Of a stretch of 64,000 nucleotides of DNA, positions 56,091-64,000 are shown piece after piece. The DNA comes from the human T2T-CHM13v2.0 reference genome, Homo sapiens. The translations under genes and the position numbers were made by a program. Every line of letters starts with the position of its first letter. Positions within the stretch are counted from its first letter, which is position 1. The notes below the pieces were generated by a model that ran no database searches, had not been told where the DNA came from, and saw only the letters and a program-made list of their open reading frames with translations. The stretch is taken from NCBI RefSeq assembly GCF_009914755.1, contig NC_060927.1. One strand, given 5' to 3'.

Positions 56091-57214
56091 TCAAAACCAT
56101 ACAGCTCACCAGGAAAATACCTCCAAAGCTTCAGACTTAGGACAAACCAGGGAGACCTGAAGTTACTGGCAGGTTTTGCTGCCAAAATAATATAGAATTT
56201 ATTCATTGGTCTGCTTATGTACAGATTTGAGCTCTGTTCCCTTTATCCCCACACAAGCTTTGAGTTATTTATATGTCCCTTAAACAAGCTCAAGCCTTTT
56301 GCTGGAAAACAATTATCCTTAGGAGCCGGGAGCTTTGCATATTTGATGATCAGATATGCATTTCTGGTTCAGCGTCTTTCTGGAAATTCTATTTTCTATT
56401 AAATCTCAGATGGATGGTAATAATAAATGTTTGTTTAGCAGCAGCTGGTCCCAGATTGTTATCCTGTCGTGAACATATTTTATTTATTTGTCTCCATTTT
56501 TTTAACCTCTTTTGGTAACCTTTCCTTTTTTCAAGGCTTTATACGTGAAATAAAAATGTGTGCTGCTTAATCTGTTCACTTTCCAGTTTCTCTCACTGAA
56601 TTAAGTGCAATTGTATTTATACAAAAGGCCTCATGCAACTTGCTATGCATCACTGCTGATTTAAATAAGAACATGGGGAAAAAAAGAGATCTTCCAACAT
56701 TATATAATGCTAGGGCAAATACTCCTCTTCTTAAAGTGTCTTTGTAGGGGAATCTTTAATGTTGACTTTGTACTGAATGGGTATGTTGCTTTCAAAAAAG
56801 TTAATCTAGTGTTAGATTTGAAAGCGGTAAGGGAAGAATGAAAGGAAGAACTTATCCCCATGAAGTATACTGCAGCATCGATGCTCTTCTTATCTTGTCC
56901 TAAGTGAAATGAATTCTTTTTTTAAAAAAAATGGACTATAATGTTCTGTTTATACTCATTCCAACTGGGTGGTAAAGTTTATCTTATAACCATATCATCC
57001 AGATCACTTTTAGGTAGCATTTACTACCAAAAATCCTAACAGAAGTCATTTATTCTTAGGCCTATATAAATTTACCAATTATTTTTTTCTAACTAAATTT
57101 ATCTAAATTTACTGTGAATGAGTCAATTGTTCAAAACCATTATGAAACACCACCAAATAAACTAATAAATAAGAACAAGCTGCTCTTGACTTCTGACCAC
57201 TTGCCTCTGAAGGC

Positions 57215-58110
57215 AGAATTGAATAGTTGGTAAGGCCGTGGTCTTTGGTGACAAACAGATCTAAATTCTGCGGACCCCAACCTTCTGACTTATTAACTTT
57301 GGAACCTTAATCAAGATATTTAGTATTTCTAAGCCTCTGCTTTCTTAATTACAGAAATAGGAAAACCTCTGCTTATCGTGTTGCCTCGAGCCTAAAGGGA
57401 AATGAAATACTATTTGTGCATTAGCTTTCAATGGCTGCATAACAAATTACTGTGAGCTTAGTGTCTTAACTCAACAACTATTTCATTATTCCACAGTTCT
57501 GTAGGCCATAAATTCAGATAGGCTCAACTGGGTACTCTGTTGAGGGTATCATGAAGCTGAAATGGAAGGTGTTGGGTGTCGGTCTACCTAGGCTCCTAAC
57601 CAAAAGTTCTGGGGGCTGACAACTCCCCAGTGCATAACTCTCTCCACTGAAGGATGTTTCCAGGCTCATTCGGGTTTTCGCTTGAATTTGGTTCCCTGTG
57701 GGTTTGGACTGTGGTCTTCATTTCCTTGCTGGCTCTCAACCAGAAGACATTCTCAGCTCCTAAAGGCCACCTTCATTTCCTGGCTTGCGGTCCTGTTCCT
57801 CTTCAAAGCCAGTAATAGCATGTTGAATCCCTCTTGTACTTAGAATCTTCCGACTTCCCTTTACAGATTGTCCCTGACGTCTTGTTTTATTTGTACTTGT
57901 TAGAGCGCATGTGATTATATTGGACTCATCTGGATAATCCAGGATGCCATCACTATTTTAAAGTCGACTAATTAGTATCCATCATTATATTTAGCAAATA
58001 TATGATGGTAACACCAGGGGCAAAGGTCATGGACCAAGATTCTGTTTACCTTAATTTGCAAAGTAATTAGCACACACTGCTTGCAACAGAATAAATGCTG
58101 AATATTAGTT
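57215..58110 (+). mobile_element. MIR interrupted by an MLT1 LTR
   Basis: ggtaaggccgtggtctttgg...tctaagcctctgctttctt; resumes at gcaaagtaattagcacac. Confidence 0.55.
57416..58052 (-). mobile_element. MLT1E-like MaLR LTR
   Basis: tgtgcattagc...gctgcataacaaattac...cacagttctgtagg...ctcagctcctaaaggccacc. Confidence 0.8.
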
Positions 58111-58774
58111 GTTTACAGCAGCAATACTGCCATGATGTGTGGGTCTGTACATTCTAAATGAATGTGATACTCTGATGGAAATTGCAAGGTGTATCACTCA
58201 GATTGTATTTTAGATGTTTTATCATGAAGTGGGGTGATATCAGAGTATTTCAATGACAATTTTATTCACCTGAAACTGAGGAACAAAAATCAGAGAAGAG
58301 CTGTTAATCCTTACACCTCTTCTGAGCATTACAGGGGCTTGATGATTAGACAGCTTCCTGCTCACGGTTAAGGGAACCTGCGTTTCTAAAGGGTTCCACA
58401 TGAATGAATAAATGTGACAGAAGACATTGGTGACATTGGTGACAGCAATTTTAACTGGATACAGCAAAGAAAGATAGGGGATTTCTGGAAGAGCACAGTA
58501 GTCTCACTTAAGAGAAAAGAACATTCCCAGGACGCTTGTCAAAGAGAAGTGAAAATGGATGCTTTATCCAGAATGAAAAGAAGCAAGGGTTAAGAGTAGT
58601 GTGTGCATGGAATCCAGACTGATTAATTGGATGTTTAGTAATGTTTGCAATGTTAAAAACACAACAGTGCTTGGAAGAAAGTTAAACAAAAACAGAAAAA
58701 AGGAAAGTAATAATATGGGTGATGCTGTTGATGCCCTGTCCACATCCCTTCATCATGCCCCATTCCACTAGACC

Positions 58775-59008
58775 TGGGTTTCTCAGCCTTGGCACTGTTG
58801 ACATACTGGGCAGGATAGATATTTGTTGTGGGGGCACTGTCCTGTATATTGCAGGATATTTAGCATCATCCCTGGTCTCTACCCACTAGATACTAGTAGC
58901 ACGGTAGCCTTCCCCCAACCACCCTCCATTTAAAGAAACCAGCAAGGTCTCCAGATATTGCCAAAGGTTCCCTGAGAACAAAATTGGCCCTGGTGGAGAA
59001 CAGCATGC
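58775..59008 (-). mobile_element. MER20
   Basis: tttctcagccttggcactgttgacat...ccctggtctctacccactagat...ctccagatattgccaaa. Confidence 0.9.
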
Positions 59009-59012
59009 TAGG

Positions 59013-59198
59013 CCAATGATCCACACACAAATGTGTATCAGAATCACCTGGAGGTCTTGTTAAAACACGGATTGCTGGGCTTCAGCATTGAAGTCCCCAT
59101 TATAAGTCAAAGGTGCTGCTTGAGAATTGCATTTCTAATAAATTATCAAGTGATGCTTATGCTGCTGGTCTAGGAACCATACTTCAAGAACCACTGCT
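59013..59198. mobile_element. MER5A
   Basis: tcagaatcacctggagg...ttgttaaaacac...tgcatttctaa...gaaccactgc. Confidence 0.85.
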
Positions 59199-59618
59199 GC
59201 AGACACCAAAAGCTTCCTGTGGCAAACATCGGTCACTTTCCTTGAGGGTTTTCTCCGGTCACATGTATGACTCCCTCATCAACCAGGAATATAACGCCAA
59301 GGAATAAATCCATCCAGAGAAATTGCCAGCAATGAGGGAAGGGATTTGGTGAATGATTACATCATATCCCTCACCTCTCAGGTGAGACAAAAGTGAGGCA
59401 CATTCTTCATAGCCCCCACAAGGTTCCTGACAAGATCAAGCCCCAGCAATCATCCATTAACTAACCTCTGCTGGCTTCTTTCCTGCTCTGTCTCATTTTC
59501 TCTGTACTCTACTGGTGCTTCTTGGGTCCACCTCCAAAATGAACTATCTGCATTCAAATCATTATCTCCTGCTGGGAGAAGCCAAATTAAAGCATGTTTT
59601 ATAAATATAATTTCTAGA

Positions 59619-59978
59619 TGATATGGTTTGGCTCTGCATCCCCACCCAAATCTCATCACGAATTGTAATCCCACGTCTCCAGGGAGGGACCTGGTGATTG
59701 GATCATGGGGGCAATTTTCCCCATGCTGTTCTCAATACAGTGAGAGAATTCACATGAGAGCTGATGGTTTTAAGTATGGCACTTCCTTGCTCTTTCGCTC
59801 TCTCTCTCTCCTGCCACCATCTAAAACATGCCTTGCTTCCCCTTGCCTTCTGCCATGATTGTGAGTTTCCTGAGGCCTCCCCAGCCATGAGGAATTGTGA
59901 GTCAATTAAACCTCTTTCCTTTACAAATTATCCAGTCTCAAGTAGTCTCTTTATAGCAGTGTGAGAGGGACACATACA
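59619..59978 (+). mobile_element. THE1D solo LTR
   Basis: tgatatggtttggct...gtgagtcaattaaacctc...ttatagcagtgtgaga; TSD ctaga/ctagg. Confidence 0.92.
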
Positions 59979-59987
59979 CTAGGTTTT

Positions 59988-60134
59988 ATTTTTTTATTTT
60001 CATTTTTATTTTTGTAGAGATGGGGTCTCGTTATGTTCCCCAGATTGGTCTTAAACTCCTGGCCTCAAGTGATCCTACCACTTCAGCCTCCATAGTAGTG
60101 TTGGGACTATAGGTGTGAGCCACTGTACCTGTCC
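59988..60134 (-). mobile_element. FLAM_C-like Alu monomer
   Basis: Single left arm with T tail; TSD taggtttt (59980-87 / 60135-42). Confidence 0.88.
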
Positions 60135-60137
60135 TAG

Positions 60138-60444
<307 letters not shown>

Positions 60445-60489
60445 TATTTTTAATTTTTTAAAAAGCTGTTAATTTTAAACCCTCTAGCT

Positions 60490-60716
60490 CAGGGTTTTTT
60501 TTTTTTTTTTTTTTTAACCAGAAACAAATTTGACTCCTTTGCCATGGAACATTCGCAGTCTGGAGATATTGTTAGTTGTCACAAGTGTGACTGGGAGGTG
60601 CTGATGGCATCTAGAAGCTAATGAGGCTACTAAACATCCTACAAAGCAAAGGACAGCCCCTATGACAAAGACTTATCTGGTTCTGAATTTCATTAGTGCT
60701 AAGATTGAGAAACTGA
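60490..60716 (+). mobile_element. MER20
   Basis: gtctggagatatt...gttgtcacaa...ggcatctag...ctaaacatcctaca...ggacagcccc...gattgagaaac. Confidence 0.8.
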
Positions 60717-61860
60717 GGTCCAAGGAATAAAAGAAGAAACTAAAAGTTCCAATGAAGATGCATTCTCAGAAGTATGCAAGTGTCCTCTCTGAAATTAGAA
60801 GCTTGAGGTTCAAGTTCAGAGACTGATAAATTGTGGCCATTCATCTGCTTCAAAAATAGTAAGCATATTCATGTCATGGTATTTTTTCTTTCTTATCCTG
60901 TGAATTGGAGTATTCCTAGATTTATTTCCATAAGACTTTTGAATTCCTTAAAAGAAAAAAAAAAGAGGTTTCCAAAAGCAAATATTCAGTTTGCAACAGA
61001 TCATCAGACTTGTTCTAAAGAAATACCGAATTAATTTTTGACATAAGATTGAATTGCCATTATACAACTGGAAGTTGTTATATTCAGATAGCTGCCTTTA
61101 CATTTTCTCATCTGTTAATATTGCATGATTCAAACAGGTTTCTGGATACCTAACATACTACGGCATTTTTCTCAGTGTAATGTTTTGAAATGTTGAATGC
61201 TATCAAAAATGTTCAAATATCGATGCAAGAAAATTAATCTTGATAAATGTGTAATAAAAGATAATTGAAGAAAAAAGAATCTGCATAGTATCAAGTGCTT
61301 CTTTTTAAAATACAAGTATTTCAGATAACCAAACTAGCTTATGGGTTGCTGGTTTGAAAAAGGAAAGAAAATGTGGGAAGAGTAAGAGAAGAAACTCAAT
61401 TTAAATATTTCTCTATAATAGTAATTTTTCAAAAAAAATATAGGTTGGTCACCTTAATTTTTGAACTTCATAGTGGATTGTTGTCAGAAGTTCAACTTTC
61501 AAGATTTTAGGTTTGAATGATTTTTAATACCATTATTTCTCAGAAATCTGATATCAAGTTATTGAAGGTCTAAAATTCAGCTTCGTTTTTCTCCTTTTAC
61601 ATGGCAAAGCCTGAAATAAAACTGGTAATTAGCTACAGATGAGTTTCTCTTGCAACTATTTTACAAAGAAAACGTCTTATTGACATTGGGCTGCAGAGGG
61701 AAATAGGGCATTTTATGTCATAATACTTGATTTGGTCAAATTCTTGCCTATAAAATCTAGTCATAAAACAATAACTACTTTTAAAACCATAGATTATTTT
61801 TGGAAGGTTTTGAAAGATTATTATGAAAGATGATTTTTCTAGAAAGAATATATTAAACTA

Positions 61861-61861
<1 letters not shown>

Positions 61862-61894
<33 letters not shown>
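61862..61894. repeat. (TG)16 microsatellite
   Basis: Pure run. Confidence 0.97.
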
Positions 61895-61896
<2 letters not shown>

Positions 61897-61989
61897 CAGA
61901 AAATGAGAGAGTAAGAGATTGAAAGCAGGGACAGAGAGAGATGACGGATAAGAGAGGTGGTTAGGGGTATCTAATTAGAAACAGTTTTA

Positions 61990-62292
<303 letters not shown>

Positions 62293-63390
62293 ATGAATTT
62301 TAAGGGATGTATTTTTATGAGTTAATTTAACATGTTAATTTTTTCCTATGGAAGATGTTATCTCTTAGCTGTAAAGTGAAGAGATTGTATCCAATATCAT
62401 CCAAGTGCTATTAAATAACATTGAATAAGGCCCTCATTTACTAATTGAGATTAAATGAAAAGATATTCAGTGTAAATTAAGAGAATAGCTATTACATGTA
62501 CATATTTTGTTGTCATTTATTTTGTTTATTAGAACAAAAGAGTTTAATATTTTTAAAATGTTGAGATTTCCATCTCCATCTAGAAGGGGAATAAAAAACC
62601 AGTATTCTCAGAGACCAAGAAAAAAACAAAAACAAAACAATACCCAAACCCTCTACATATTATAATTTGGGCATGATGTCTCAATTTTTATGATTCTGAA
62701 TAACAGGGTTAAGCATTCAGAGCTATATTGGGCGGGCTTTTCTCCAAGTCCACCCAAAACAGGAAGATGATTGTCATATTCACAGCTTTAGATAAACTGT
62801 AATATAAAGTGATTTGCATTGAGAGTGATTATATATCCAATTTAGAGATGCACAGTTCATGAATGGAACACATCATGGGACCCTAATTCCCTTTTGGAGC
62901 ACAAAATGATAATTAAAAGACAAATCACACTAAAAAGAATTTTATATTTACATATCACTAGATAAGGTCAGTTTATAGGCTTTGGCCATCTTAATGCAGT
63001 TTATTATCTCTGGAAGGCTACCTTAAAAATCAGGATGGTTGTATCTATCTAGAATAGATAGATCAAAACAAATGGAAAGATTTGCCCCATTTGAAAAACC
63101 ACTCTTTAAATGCATGCTGGGAATTCTAGTGACCTAAAAGGAAGATCACTTAGAATGCTTAGATGAAGGGTGAGCTTTGTCTTGCAATAGCTATGTTACC
63201 CAAGGCAAATCAGCCAACTACTCAGAGAAAGAGTATTCCCATGTGGAAAATGCTATGCTAACTAAATTTAACATAAGGTTACCCTGTTGAATAAGCATGA
63301 TCAGATTCTCTACTCCTCACTGTGGGAAAACACGTGCAGTGAGGTGTGCTACTTCAGCAAGAATGCACTAAACAATATTAGGCTGCTTGC

Positions 63391-63698
63391 GGCCGGTCGC
63401 GGTGGCTCACGCCTGTAATCCCAGCACTTTGGGAGACCGAGGCGGGAGGATCACCTGGTCAGGAGATCGAGACCGTCCTGGCTAACATGGTGAAACTCCG
63501 TCTCTACTAAAAATACAAAAAAATTAGCCGGGCCTGGCGGCAGACACCTGAAGTCCGAGCTACTCGGGAGGCTGTGGCAGGAGAATGGCGTGAACCCAGG
63601 AGGCGGAGCTTGCAGTGAGCCAAGATCGCACCACTGCACTCCAGCCTGGGCAACAGAGCGAGACTCCGTCTCAAACAACAACAACAACAACAACAACA
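63391..63698 (+). mobile_element. AluY with (CAA)n tail
   Basis: gagatcgagacc, ctggctaac, gaatggcgtgaacc, gcggagcttgcagtg; degenerate TSD acaatattaggctgcttgc / acaatattacactgtttgc. Confidence 0.96.
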
Positions 63699-64000
63699 CC
63701 CCACAATATTACACTGTTTGCAAGAGTGACTGTACACTCATAAGCATTCAAAATCCTGTCGGGAAATGGAGAAACACTATGTTTAAGAAAATGTTTTGAA
63801 TATCTTGAAAAAGGGTATAAATGCAAGATGCTGTTGTTGTTTTGAGTATTGTTGTCTGTTATAAGCTGCCCTTAGTGGATCAGGATTGCATGGTGAGAAA
63901 AAGGTCCAGCTGAACACTGCCTGACTTGATTTAACGAGGACAAATTCAATAAAGTGAAAGTCCAATATGAAGACGTGGAAACAAGTACATACCCACTCAG

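Larger units (their letters stand above)
58720..59594 (+). mobile_element. LTR16C-like solo LTR interrupted by MER20 and MER5A
   Basis: tgatgctgttgatgccctg start; ccctcacctctcaggtgagacaa...caccctcc-like 'cacctccaaaatgaactatctgca'. Confidence 0.65.

Noticed and set aside
62990-63150. Possible MIR3/CR1 tail (also 49520-49645) and an MLT-like stretch at 51800-52135
   Set aside because: Similarity too weak to call without a profile search

Overview
This is primate (human or great-ape type) AT-rich non-coding DNA, either intergenic or deep intronic. I could not support any cellular protein-coding gene, tRNA, rRNA or CRISPR feature. The window is dominated by transposable elements. There is a full-length + strand L1PA5/6-type LINE-1 (1970-8187) with a 99-bp internal duplication, an open endonuclease domain and a probable short 3' transduction. 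There is also a near full-length - strand L1PB (26443-39390) interrupted by a truncated Alu and by a complete 6.3-kb LTR2B/Harlequin (HERV-E/HERV-I mosaic) provirus with a 4-bp TSD and tRNA-Glu PBS. The rest is Alus, MaLR/ERVL solo LTRs, Tigger3, MER and old L2/MIR/CR1 fragments. The most interesting signals are: systematic Trp-codon G-to-A knockouts across the provirus (APOBEC3-like); an LTR2B promoter with the HERV-E major splice donor intact; a perfect DUX4 motif in an MLT2A1 LTR; the L1 3' transduction; and several well-formed splice-site pairs that could mark unannotated lncRNA exons. I see no convincing evidence of a wholly new biological system. Subfamily names come from my memory of consensus sequences, and boundaries of old repeats are approximate.
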